From NCBI RefSeq assembly GCF_006345805.1, contig NC_043015.1, forward strand, positions 48,484,001 to 48,548,000: a stretch of DNA of 64,000 nt, written 5' to 3'. The notes below the pieces were generated by a model. It had not been told where the DNA came from. It did no database searches and was given only the letters and a program-made list of their open reading frames with translations. This document shows positions 1 through 12,115 of this stretch, one piece after another. The position numbers and the translations under genes were made by a program. This DNA comes from Octopus sinensis. Its lineage: Eukaryota. The stretch's first letter is position 1. Every line of letters starts with the position of its first letter.

Positions 1-362
1 CCACAGCAGTCACGTTGAGACTTACCAACTCCGTCCAACAGCATTACGGCAACCTCCGTCTTTGTTGCCACCATCATCTTCTTAACATCGCCAACATCAT
101 CTCTCTATGTATACAACTCAACAAGCAACTCACCCAGGTTCCAACACTTCTCTGTTTGTGAATTACTTCACCATTGATCAACAGTGAAGATACAACCTGC
201 AAGAACTCCTGTACCAAGTGACCCAGGCAGCGGCATCACAGCCACAACTTCACCTACAATATGTACCTGTAACCAGCTCAGCATCATGACCGCAACTTCT
301 TGATACAGTATTTCAACTACTATCTATCTATCTATCTATCTTTCTATCTATCTATCTATCTA

Positions 363-399
<37 letters not shown>

Positions 400-776
400 T
401 TATTTCACCATCTCTTGCTCATTCTCTCCCTCCCCCTCTCTCCTTCTCTCTTGTCTTTTTCTATCCAAACAGATTTTTAAACTCAATATTTACATGTTAT
501 TGTTTACAGCTTTATTTACTTTAACTGGCATTGTTAAAAATCAAATTACTTCATATTCTTTTGAAGATCCTAAATTCTCAATTCTCACTGGTAAGAATAA
601 AGCTTCTAAAATAGAGAAATCTGAAAGAATGCTTTGGTCTAATGGTAGAACATCCGTCATGTATACAAAACATGTGGATTTGTGTCTCAAGTGCAGCCTT
701 TGACTTTTTCAATCCAACTGGGTTTTTAACCCAATATTTATATTCCAATATTTCTACCTTGAAAACGAATACATAC

Positions 777-813
<37 letters not shown>

Positions 814-1017
814 TGAGTAGTTGAATGAATTATCTTATTAAGGATAATTCGAATTAACTGATACCTGGGTAGCAAATTCACATCAGAAAAAACACGGTTG
901 AAGTTACGTGCCTAGGGCATAGATTACGTGCTTTCGTGTGGAAATGTGTATGTTTATTTTAAAAATATAAATATATGAAAGAATGGAGCTGAACGACGAA
1001 TTAACAAAATTCCTTTA

Positions 1018-1100
1018 TTTTCGACATATGTTTCGAAGGCTGCATATTCCTAATTGCGAAGGAATAAGGAGTACATTATGCCGCTTTCTCATCAGGAAAA
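1018..1100 (-). ncRNA. Minimal type I hammerhead ribozyme motif (Penelope-like / retrozyme-type repeat)
   Basis: Minus strand reads UUUUC-CUGAUGA-[GAAAGCGGCAUA...UAUGCAGCCUUC]-GAAAC-AUAU-GUC^GAAAA. The catalytic core is complete, stem I has 5 bp, stem II has 10 of 12 bp, and stem III is minimal with palindromic CAUAUG. Confidence 0.75.
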
Positions 1101-3148
1101 GCAAGGAACTTATGTCAACATCAAAATGCACAAAAAACTTTTAGATGATTGCTCACACGGAGCCCATGGCGATAATGTATATATATATATACATAGCTTA
1201 TATTCATCATTAAAAATGAATACATATATACATAGCTTAAATTCTGCATTAATTTGAAGGATCTTATTACATCTAAGTAATTTGTTTATTATTCAATATA
1301 ATGATATAAATAGTTTCCATGTTTTTAAGTTATGAAACAATTTGTTGTAATATTAGAATTTTCATCAAACTAGTTCTCTGTCATTTATGACTTTATCACT
1401 CCATATCATTTTCTCTTTTCTCTTGTTTTGTACTATATACTCTTCGAGTTTGTAGAATGATACATTGAGAAGCTTTTTTAATGAGTACTAACAGATTACT
1501 TGAATCCATATAGTGTGACTTAAACATATATATATATATCTTTATATATATATATATACACATATTTTATTTTCTCTTTTTTTCAGTCATTAGACTGTGG
1601 CTGTGGCCATGTTGGGGCACTGCTTTGAAGGATTTTAGTTGAACAAATTGATCCCAGTTCTGAAGGTGATGGTATTGCCTAATCTCCTTCCTTCAAATTT
1701 GCTGGCCTTCTGCCTAAATAAGAAACCATTCTGTCACCGGCAAAGTATTTCCCACACCATAATAATTATTTATCCTAAAAAGGTGGCAAGCTGGCAGAAG
1801 CATTAGCATGCCAGGAAAAATGCTTAATCTCATTTCATCTGTCTTTATGTCCTGAGTTCAAATTCCATCAAGGTCAGCTTTGTCTTTCAGTCTTTCAGGG
1901 TCAATAAAATAAGTACCAGTCGAGTACTGGGGTGTGATGTAATCAACCAGCCCTACCCCTGCTCACCACAAAATTCCAGGTAGAAAGGATGAATATTATT
2001 TATCCTAAAGCTGCTGGAAGGTAACTTAGCTTTTTTTAAATTTAGCAAGCTGGCAGTATTGTTAGCATACCAGACAAGATGCTTAGTGATATATCATCCA
2101 CCTTTATGCTTCGAGTTAAAATGTCATCAAGGATCACTTTGCCCTTCATGTTTTCAGGGTCGATGAAATAAATACCGGCTGAGCACTGGTATTGCTGTAA
2201 TTGACAAGATTATCCGCCGGAATTTCAGACCTTGTGCCTGTAATAGTATTATGTATCCTATGGAAATGATATTGTAAAACAATGGGGGGCAGGGGGAGAA
2301 AGGGAAGAAAGAAAATTGTTTAAACTAATTCTTTATTTATATTTTAAACTTTTCCAAAGTTGATCCTGCGGTGATTACCAGACAAGAAGGAAATGTTGGA
2401 GTCATTGGATCCATAGGTTTCTTAAATATTATTGCAAACAGATGTTTTTATGTTCCACAAAATTTTTATTGACTCAACATTTTTTGTCTTTTTTTCTTGA
2501 AGTTTTGCCATTAATAAAAACAAAAGTCTTCAACAATTTTCTGAAATTTAGCCAAAAGACATTTTTTGGTTTGTATGTAAAAGCAAATTAGATGGAAACC
2601 GGATGGGTATTATAGTTGTATACTAAATATGCTTTTCAAAGAAAAACTTGGGTCATCCCAACATCATATATATATATATATATATATGTAGAGAGAGAGA
2701 GAGAGAGAGAGAGCAATAAGAAAATGGAGGGGATCAATAGGTGGTATTCATCAACTTTTAGACATTATATTATGTCAATTTATTTATTTATTTACTAAAC
2801 TGACAATTACAAGAATATACATACATGTATAACATATTATGCTTTACATATAAAATATAAAATATAAAATAATTATTACAATATAACATACAAGAATATA
2901 AATTGGGAAAATAACATATATATATATATATTCTCCTTCATGTGTGGGATGCAGGAGAATATTCAGCATGTTGCATGTCTTGTTTCTCTGTTTGTTTTTT
3001 GTTCGAAAAAAAGATCGTTTTCTATGTTTTTGTTTTTATGTTTTCGTTTCTCATTGTGTTCAACGTTTTTTTGATGTCCTGTACCCCTATATGCATGTAT
3101 ATATACATATATATGTAGGTATGTACATATATGTATGCATATATGCAT

Positions 3149-3194
<46 letters not shown>

Positions 3195-3504
3195 AAAAAA
3201 GCAAGAAGAATGGATCAATATTTCGGTACAATTGTTTCGTACAAAGACATCTTTAATCACCCCACTTTGTCGTATGGTTAACACCATATAGATTTCTGGT
3301 GCATCCAAGTTAAGTACCATATTCATGTAAATTCAACAGAACTCACTTGAATCTTAATTGCTTGTACCTATATATATATATATATATATATATACACTCA
3401 CACACACACATATATATAAATATATATACATATATGTATGTATATATATATGTATATAGACGAATAGGTAAATAAATGGAGTTGAACGAAGATGTTAATG
3501 AAAT

Positions 3505-3598
3505 TCTTTCACTTTTGACATATGTTTCGAAGACAACATGGTTTTATTCCAAAGGAATAAATGGTGTAAGATGCAATCTTCTCATCAGGAATGAAAGA
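3505..3598 (-). ncRNA. Second hammerhead ribozyme motif of the same repeat family
   Basis: Minus strand reads UCUUUCAUUC-CUGAUGA-GAAGA...UCUUC-GAAAC-AUAU-GUC-AAAAGUGAAAGA. The core is identical to the first copy, while the stem sequences differ but still pair. Confidence 0.65.
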
Positions 3599-3994
3599 GA
3601 GCCTATGTCAACAACAAGACATTATAACAATTATGATGACTGCCTATATGATAAACAGAACATTATTAAGTATTTAAAAAAAACTGTTTGTAGATTTGAC
3701 GTCAAAGGCAGATAATAGGAAGAGAAGGGTTAAAGAAATAATAAGTAGAGAACAAATAAGGAGGGAGGGATAAGTTGATTAAAATGTATATATGTATATA
3801 TATATATATATATTAGGGAGTATAACTCCAAACTTACAGGGAAAAATTCAATTTATTATTAAATCAAATTTCACAATATAAATATATAAAATATAAATTA
3901 GAGATAAAACCACTATTATGCAACTCATCATTCATTTTTATACTTTTTGAGATCTAGTTATATATTTTATAAAAATATATATTATTTGTTATTT

Positions 3995-5209
3995 ATGTTT
4001 TGGTTTATGTCTATCACTGAGATAGGACCACCTTTGACAATAATTATAGCTTGAATTCTACGAAGTATGGACTTGTACAAAGTTTGAATTGTTTCCAAAG
4101 TAATTTTTGTCCATTCTTCAGCTAAAACAGTCTCCAGTTCTTGTAGTGATGATGGTGGAGGATATCGACTCCTTACTTGTTTTTCTAAAATGCACCATAA
4201 ATGTTCTATAATATTGAGTACTGGGGACTGTGGTGGCCAGATAAGATGTTCAACTTCACTAGAATGTTCCCTTGTGCCATTCAGTAACAACTTAAGCTGT
4301 GTGAATTGGTGCATTATCATCCTGAAAGATTGCGTTTCCCTCCAGAAACAGTTCCACAACCATAGAATGAATTTGACCAGATAAAATGCTTAAATAGTCT
4401 TTACTATTAATTCTGCCATGAAGGGAAACCATTGGGCCAGCAGGTTTCCAAGATATAGCCCCCAGATCATCATAGATCCTCCTCCATGTTTAACAGTTGG
4501 AAGAAGGCAGTCTGGGTCAAATGCCCCTTTTGGCTGTCTCCCCATGTATACTTGGCCGGTGGTCGAAAATAGGCTAAAGGATGATTTGTCCGAGAAAATA
4601 ACATTCTTCCACTACTCTAGGGACCAATTCTGTAAGTTTTTACTCCACTCTACTTTTTGAAAGAAGTGGTTTTCTGATTGTAGCCCTCCCATGAAATCCA
4701 GCTTTGTGCAGCTCCCGGCAAACAGTTTGTGTGGAAACTGGGTTCTCGAGGTAGATATTAAGCTCTGCAGTAATTTTGGGAGCTGTACTTTTGTGATCCT
4801 TTCTAAAATTTTGCATAAGAGTCCAACAGTCCCTATCTGAAAGTTTTGGTTTTCTTCTGGAGTTTTGTTTCAACGAGGAGGTTTTTCCCTCTTTCTCAAA
4901 GGCTGTCATTACTTTTAAGACAGTACTTCTTGATACACCAAACATTTCAGCTGTTTTTGTTATGCTAGTGCCTGCCATATGAGCACCAACAATTTGACCT
5001 CTTTGAAAGTCTGATAAATCTGTCATATTAGTGAATTTTAATTACTTTTTTCTGATAATATCTGAAAAGAAACAGCAATTTTAGCAAAACATATTAAGCA
5101 ACACTAATAATAAACCAAAACACATAAAAATATACAAACAGTTGACAGTTTTATAGATATTTCAAAATTATGATGCTAGGCGTTTCCATTATTTTGTCCA
5201 ACCCCTGTA
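3995..5209 (-). mobile_element. Decayed Tc1 (DD34E) DNA transposon, one TIR retained
   Basis: N-terminal HTH ORF 5026-4640 (MTDLSDFQRGQIVG...RKPLLS), then frameshifted FSD, KHGGGSMMIWG, FQDDNAPIH and WPPQSPVLNIIEHLW. TA-CAGGGGTTGGACAAAATAATGGAAAC end at 5181-5209. The other TIR is absent. Confidence 0.92.
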
Positions 5210-5399
5210 TGTGTGTACATCATACCATCTATGAGAACTGAATGAATAGGCCACCTGAAGTCATCTTCTGACAACTCAATAATATTGTCCACTCCAAAAT
5301 ATTCCATTTCTTTAATCTTGATGTACTTAACCCGCCTTCTCCCTATGTTCTCCATTACTATTTTTATATTTATTTTTTACTTTTAGCTTTATTTCACCA

Positions 5400-5585
5400 C
5401 CCCCTTCTTCTTCTTCTTCTCTTCTTCTTTCTTTCTTGTTGTTGTTGTTCTTTATTTCTCTCTTTCTTTCTTTCTTGTTGTTGTTGTTCTTCTTCTTCGG
5501 CTTCCTCCTCCTCCTCCTCCCCCTTTCTTGTCCTCCCCTCTTCCTTCTCCTTCTCTTCTTCTTCTTCTTCTTCTTCTTCTTCTTC
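5400..5585. repeat. Pyrimidine-rich compound microsatellite (CTT/TTG/CCT)n
   Basis: Read directly from the sequence; it explains the poly-E and poly-F ORFs in the track. Confidence 0.95.
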
Positions 5586-5833
5586 TACACACATTCTTTT
5601 GTATTTATATATATATATATATATTGCTATCTAAAATTTTTGCTATTTAAGCAACCAGTAAAACATACATTTTTTTTTCAGTTTGAAAATGGCCATTTGA
5701 AGCTTGAAACTCATAAACAAAGTAACTCACTGTAAGCATTATTATTAACATAAAAAATTATCCCCTCCTCCCAAAAAGCCATCCCTACTCATTCTTTCAA
5801 ATATATGTACCAAGAACTTTCTTTGTATTGTTC

Positions 5834-5897
<64 letters not shown>

Positions 5898-5900
5898 CTA

Positions 5901-6146
5901 TGTGGAGGCACATGGCCTAGTGGTTAGAGCAGCGGACTCGCGGTCGAGGGATCACGGGTTTGAATCTCACACCGGGTGATGTTTATGAGTGAAACACCTA
6001 AGCTCCACATGGTTCTGGCAGAAGGTAATGGTGAACTTCTGCTGACTCTTTCACCCCAACTTTCTCTCACTCTTTCCTCCTGCATCTTGCAGCTCACTTG
6101 TGACAGACCGGTGTCCTGTCCAGGTGGGGACCTATACGCCAAGGAA
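5901..6146 (+). mobile_element. tRNA-derived SINE family D
   Basis: Head TGGAGGCACATGGCCTAGTGGTTAGAGCAG...GGTTTGAATC. Homologous minus-strand copies at about 14688-14984 and 18085-18219. Confidence 0.65.
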
Positions 6147-6450
6147 CAAACAATATATATATATAATACGTGAGGCTCCCACACAGTTTCTGTTTAACCA
6201 AGTTTACTCACAAGGCATTGGTCAGCTTGGGGGATATAGCAGAAGACACTCCTTACTTGCCCATGGTGTCACATAGATGGATAGTTGGATTGGACCCTAA
6301 ACCATATGGTTGCAGAGTGAGTTTCACAACTACACTATCATGCTGGCACCCACCACACAGGCAGTCATGGGACATTTTCCAGACTCAAACAATATCATAA
6401 TTAAGTTCAAGTGTAATTTACTGAAGACAATGTGCCAAAAATTGCTAATT

Positions 6451-6849
6451 GCAGGAGTGGCTGTGTGGTAAATAGCTTGCTTACAAACCACATGATTCCA
6501 GGTTCAGTCCCACTGCGTGGAACCTTGGGCAAGTTTCTTCTACTATAGCCTCAGGCCGACCAAAGCCTTGTGAGTGGATTTGGTAGACGGAAAACTGAAA
6601 GAAGCCTGTCGTATATACATAGATATATATGTGTGTGTTTGTGTGTCTGTGTTTGTCCCCCCCAACATCGCTTGACAACCGATGCTGGTGTGTTTATGTC
6701 CCCGTAACTTAGCGGTTCGGCAAAAGAGACCGATAGAATAAGTACTAGGCTTACAAAGAATAAGTCCTGGGGTCGATTTGCTCGACTAAAGGCAGTGCTC
6801 CAGCATGGCCGCAGTCAAATGACTGAAACAAGTAAAAGAGTAAAGAGAG
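6451..6849 (+). mobile_element. tRNA-derived SINE family A (CORE-like segment), full-length copy
   Basis: Head GCAGGAGTGGCTGTGTGG...GGTTCAGTCCC, then CCTTGGGCAAGT, an internal TA/TG microsatellite and tail GAAACAAGTAAAAGAG. Other copies: + at about 9865-10250, 29276-29646 and 43953-44333; - at about 11905-12240, 20466-20806, 22900-23260, 27570-27935 and 28451-28932. Confidence 0.85.
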
Positions 6850-7593
6850 TAAATTAATTGAAAGTTCTTTCTTAGTGTGTGTGTGTATGTGGGGGAGATT
6901 TACTTAGCTACACCCAGAAAGAAAGAAAGAAAGAAAGAAAGAAAAAAAAACAATCTAATTTCAGAAAATTAAGAATTAATCTTTCCCTGCTTAGAACATC
7001 TGATGCTTACAAATAAGGGGAAGTAAATATGGGAAACAGACATATTCCAGTCTATTAAATATCATTGGCTTAGTTAATTATTTCGTAACTAACCAAGCCA
7101 CAATAATTTGCATAATAAAAATACAATGAGCGAAGGGAACTAACTCATGTATGTGAATGTTAGATTTAGAGCAGTGACATAAAAATTAAGACTTGTGGGA
7201 CTTTCTGAACGACACGCCTAACGAAAAATTACTTCGAAATTTTTTTTTTTGTTTAGAGTAATGCAGCCCGCCTGATGATAAGTCATATCTCACGCGGACC
7301 GCTTCTTGACAAAGGTTGCTCATGCCTGATTTAGACTATATTAGCTGATGAGGTCTGACAGACTTGTTCCATGGTTATCTCTAAACTACAAAGACTAAAT
7401 TTTCTTTTGCCGAATTATCGAAATAAAACTTAAATTCCTGGAAATTACCCACCCCCTTCTCCACTATGTATTTAGATCCTTCTTTCCAACTAACTTGAAA
7501 AAAAGACTTTATAATCAATTTGTAGATTTTTGTATAACAATTCACTACATCTTCCTCTAAATTCATGGCAAAAGTCCATTTGAGTAATTTTCC

Positions 7594-7958
7594 TTATTAC
7601 CTCTGCCTTCTAAGGCGGAGGTATTGTTTTCAGTCGTGTTTGTTTGTTTGTTTGTCTGTGGACAAGATATCTCAAGAACCACTGGATGGATTCAGATGAA
7701 ACTTTCAGGGACGTTTGCCCTTGTGACTGGCACGAACTGATTAGATTTTGGGATCGATCCGGTACCGGGCAAGGATTCTGGATTATTTGCCCGATTTTTT
7801 TCTTTTACTTAATTTTTGAGAGCGGTCAGGTATTCTCGTTAGTGAGAGCAGTTGAGTTTATTTCAGATATTCTCATTTCAAAAACCATCTCCAGTTAATC
7901 GTTGAGAGGACGTCGGTGTTGCCTTGGCGGAGGTTCGCGCTCTCTGAGGGCTCCTGTT
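7594..7958 (+). mobile_element. Non-autonomous Helentron-associated element (HINE/DINE-1-like)
   Basis: 5' TTATTACCTCTGCC...GGCGGAGGT, a (GTTT)n tract, a 3' subterminal repeat CCTTGGCGGAGGT and a terminal hairpin GCGCTCTCTGAGGGC, inserted in T-rich DNA. Confidence 0.7.
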
Positions 7959-8403
7959 TTACATTTAAATTCATGTTCATGAATGTAACAGATACGTCTT
8001 CGTTCCGATTTCCATCAGAAATACCTTAACATTTTCAGTTGTTCAAAATATTTTTCTAGTTTCACAAGTCACAATCTCAAATTACCCAAACACTTGGTTC
8101 TTTGAATGGTTTGAAAACCCAATTCAAATATTTGTCGTAAAAACAAACATAATATTAATGCTTACCGAAGCATTATTGTTATATCTTTGAAAGATTTTAA
8201 TAAAAAATATTTTTTTTCTTAGTTCGTTTAATGGATCTTTACCTAAAGATACCGTTTAATTCATTAAAGCAATTCTATCAGAAAGATCAAATACGTAAAA
8301 GCGGGATTGACGGTGTCGAGAAAAATAGTTTCACCGGAAATTCTCGTGAAACGAGGCAGAAAGTGGAATCGGTGTTGGCCAGAAGCGCTGGCTTCACACC
8401 ATT

Positions 8404-8626
8404 ATGTCGACTCTTCAGCTCCGGCTGGTACCATTCTTGGCTAGAACTTTAAAGCTTCAAAATGGGTGTCGAATGTCAGCAGTGTACCGTTTACCCCAGC
8501 ACAAATACAAAGCTAAAACAACTTCCTTCTCTCCGAACTACAGAAAGTTTAATTCCATAGCCAACAACAACAATATTTACCGACAAAACTCGGCCACCGC
8601 CAGCTTGCTCCTTGTTTCTACTCAAG
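8404..8626 (+). CDS. Rhodanese exon 1 (putative mitochondrial targeting peptide)
   Basis: ATG at 8404 and donor CAAG|GTTAGT at 8627. Encodes MSTLQLRLVPFLARTLKL..., rich in R/K/S/L; the protein has no D/E in its first 86 residues. Confidence 0.75.
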
Positions 8627-11600
8627 GTTAGTCGCTATAACTAACTTGTTTCGGCACCTTTTTTTTTTCCCAAAAAAAGGTTATTTCTATAATGTCTCTT
8701 TTATAAAAATCTATTTGGTAATTTTCACTTGTCATTGTTTTATTTTTCTGTCTAATTAAAACTTAGTTACAAGTCTATTAATGTCAATTAAAACATTGCC
8801 CTCGCTCTAATTCGAGTTCTACAAACTACTTAGGTTGTTGTGGGGGTATGTTTTATAATACAGCTACTTGTTATGTGCTTTGATAAGTCTGTGAAGGATT
8901 AATTTCACCCAGGATTTTAATTAAGAATTTTAGGCTGCAGTTAAACATAATTAAAGAGATTTGAATGCAAATAAGTCTTCTTCCCCCCTCAATATAACAC
9001 ATCCATCGCTAAGGAGGTCGTAAAGAGGCACCATTTAGACATCTTTTAAAAACATTATTTCAATATCATTCTCCCAAGTGCACATCTGGTCAGTGTTTAG
9101 CTTTCGTCTCCTAAGGTCGATAAAATAATGTACAAGGGTAACTATAGAACTACTTGATATCCCTCTCCCGAACATTCCACTGCAGTCATCGTGTTTAACC
9201 ATTTATAATTAATATTGGCTTGCAAAAATCGAATATTATTGGAGATATATATTCATAAATGTTTAGTTTCAGAGTAATAATAAAATAAAAGGCTACCCAA
9301 ATGTTGTACATGCAATAACACGAGGTCGCTCGACCTGCTAGAAATGACAGCCAAACCTTTCAACTGTTGAAAAAGAAGGCAGGGTGTTCGAGAAAGACGG
9401 AATGATTTTTGATGAGAGAACTGGTAAATAAGAGCTGACCTAGGCAAAATAACAATTTTCAAACTGGAAATATTCCACTATATTTAAATGTATCTTGAAA
9501 GGGCGGGTTCTGGGAGGAATTTAGCGAGCAGGCAGGTGACCATCGTGGATCAGTTCTCTGCTCAAAGTTTTCCAGGCAGCAACAGTGTTTTTTTAAAACT
9601 AGTTGTCTTTGGGAACTCTGTATGTTGATGACATTAGTTTACATATTTGAAACTGTCGAAAAAGGAGATAAATTCCATATGACAGGTCTTAAAGTAAATC
9701 CAGCCAGAACAAAAATTTTAGTTTGAGAGAAAGAAGTTAGGACTCGAACACAGGACCTCAGGATTGCAAAGCGAATTCCCTTAACCATTCAGCTATACAT
9801 TCCTAACCATTCCTCCTACACATAAAGATTACACATACATGTACATGCACACTCATGTATAAGTGTGGCATGGCTGTGCAATTAAGAAGCTTACTTTCCA
9901 AGCATGTGGGTCCTGGGTTCAGTCCCATTGTGTGGAACCTTAGGCAGGTGTCTTCTACGATAACCTCAGTCTAACCAAAGCCTTGTCAGTGGATTTAATA
10001 GACAGTAACTGAAAGAAGCCCATTATGTGAGTGTGTGTGTATATATGTATGTATGCATGTATGTGTTTATACCCCACTACCACTTGACAACTAGTGTTGG
10101 TGTGTTTATATCCCTGCAACTTAGCAGTTCAGTAAAAGAGAATGCTATAGAATAAGTACCAGGCTTAAATAAAATATTGTGGCTGATTTGTTTGACTCAC
10201 AATTCATCAAGGCATTGTCCCCACTATGGCTTCCCTAATGATTTAAACAAGTAAAACACACACACACACATGTAAGGGAAGAAGGTAACTAATTTATATC
10301 CAACCCAGTCAGATTTCAACTGGTACTTATTTTATTGACCCTGAAAGGATAAAAGATAAAATCAACCATGGTAGTGTATGAACTCAGAAAGTAATGAATT
10401 GGAAGAAATGGTGATTTGTCCAATGTTCTAATGATCTTGCCAGCTTCATGGCTTTATGCTTAGTTCCCCACAACTGGCTCCCATGCTGGTGGCACATAAA
10501 AACCACTATCAGAATGTGATAGATGCCAGGCCCACCTGATTGGCTCTCATAGCAGTGGCATTCAAAAAGCACCCACTACACTCTGTAGAAAGAAACATTG
10601 CCAGATCAGACTGGAGCCTGGTGTAGCCCGCTGACTCTCCAGACCTCAGTTAAACCATCCAACCCATGCCAGGATGGAAAACATGTTAAATGATGATAAT
10701 TAAGGAATTCAATCAAGACATTAGGCAGATCCAGTTTCAATAACAACATCCCACTGGATGTCTTTACTGTTCTTTTGTTCCTTAAGTTTCATCCTCTTTG
10801 AATTCCGACTTGGAAACTGTTTACTTTGATCTTTCTATACCTCTGGGCATCGTTTACCTTTTACTTGTTTCAGTCATTAGACTGTGGCCGTGATGGAGCA
10901 CTGCTTTCACAAAGCATCAAAAATGTCTGTTTTTCTTTTTTCCTCCCAACAATTCTACGTGAATGTAAATAACATGATTTTTGATGATGGTGTTGTGGGG
11001 TGAAATGAGCCTAAGTCTGGTATATTTAACCACACAACCATGTGTACCTCTGGGCATCGTTTACCTTTTACTTGTTTCTGTCATTAGACTGTGACCATGA
11101 TGGAGCACTGCTTTCACAAAGCATCAAAAATGTCTGTTTTTCTTTTTTCCTCCCAACAATTCTATGTGAATGTAAATAACATGATTTTTGATGATGGTGT
11201 TGTGGGGTGAAATGAGCCTAAGTCTGGTATATTTAACCACACAACCATGTGTACCTCTGGGCATCGTTTACCTTTTACTTGTTTCAGTCATTAGACTTTG
11301 GCCATGATGGAGCACTGCTTTCACAAAGCATCAAAAATGTCTGTTTTTCTTTTTTCTTCCCAACAATTCTATGTGAATGTAAATAACATGATTTTTAATG
11401 ATGGTGTTGAGAGGTGAAATGAGCCTAAATCTGATATATTTAACCGCACAACCATGTGTACCTCTAATATTTTGTAGGGTGGCGAGCTGCAGAATTGTTA
11501 GCACACCAGGCGAAATACTTAGCAGTGTTTTGTCTGCCATTATGTTCTAAGTTCAAATTCTGCCGAGGTCAACTTTGCCATTCATCCTTTCGGGAACGAT

Positions 11601-12074
11601 TAAATAAGTACCAGTTACACACTGGGGTTGATGTAATCAACTTAATCTCTTTGTCTGCCCTTGTTTGTCCTCTCTGTTTAGCCTCCTGTGGGTAATAAAG
11701 AAATAAATATTTTGTAGTGTGGAACAGCTGCCAGAATTTCTCTCAAACTTTGAACCTCATAATGTGTTTGTGCGTGTTTAAATGTGCATTTGTATATGTG
11801 TGTATGTGCATGTTTGTATATGTGTGTGTATGTGCGTTTGTGTATGTAGATATGTGCATGTGTATATATTTTGTTTGTGTGTGTGGGTGTATATATTCTT
11901 ATACTTGACTGCAGCCATGCTGGAGCACTGCCTTTAGTTGAACAAATCAACCCCGGGATTTATTCTTTGTAAGCCTAGTACTTATTCTATAGTTCTCTTT
12001 TGCTGAACTGCTAAGTTATGGGGATGTAAATACACCAACATTGGTTGTCAAGTGATGGTGGGGGGACAAACACA

Positions 12075-12115
<41 letters not shown>

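Noticed and set aside
1-300. C/A-rich stretch with a coding-like look at the window start
   Set aside because: All three + frames contain stops, and I recognise no motif or splice pattern. It could be a TE relic or the end of a feature outside the window.
2359-2415. Possible 57-nt exon (DPAVITRQEGNVGVIGSI)
   Set aside because: Weak donor (GTTTCT), no partner exons and no recognisable homology.
5394-5735. Poly-E/K and poly-F/L ORFs
   Set aside because: They are translations of the CTT/CCT microsatellite.
7270-7360. Two CTGATGA motifs on the + strand (hammerhead-like)
   Set aside because: There is no correctly placed GAAA and no stems I/III.
9722-9800. tRNA-like sequence on the minus strand (also the heads at 5901, 18276, 47477)
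   Set aside because: A/B-box-like heads lack a complete cloverleaf and continue into repeat bodies, so these are SINE heads, not tRNA genes.
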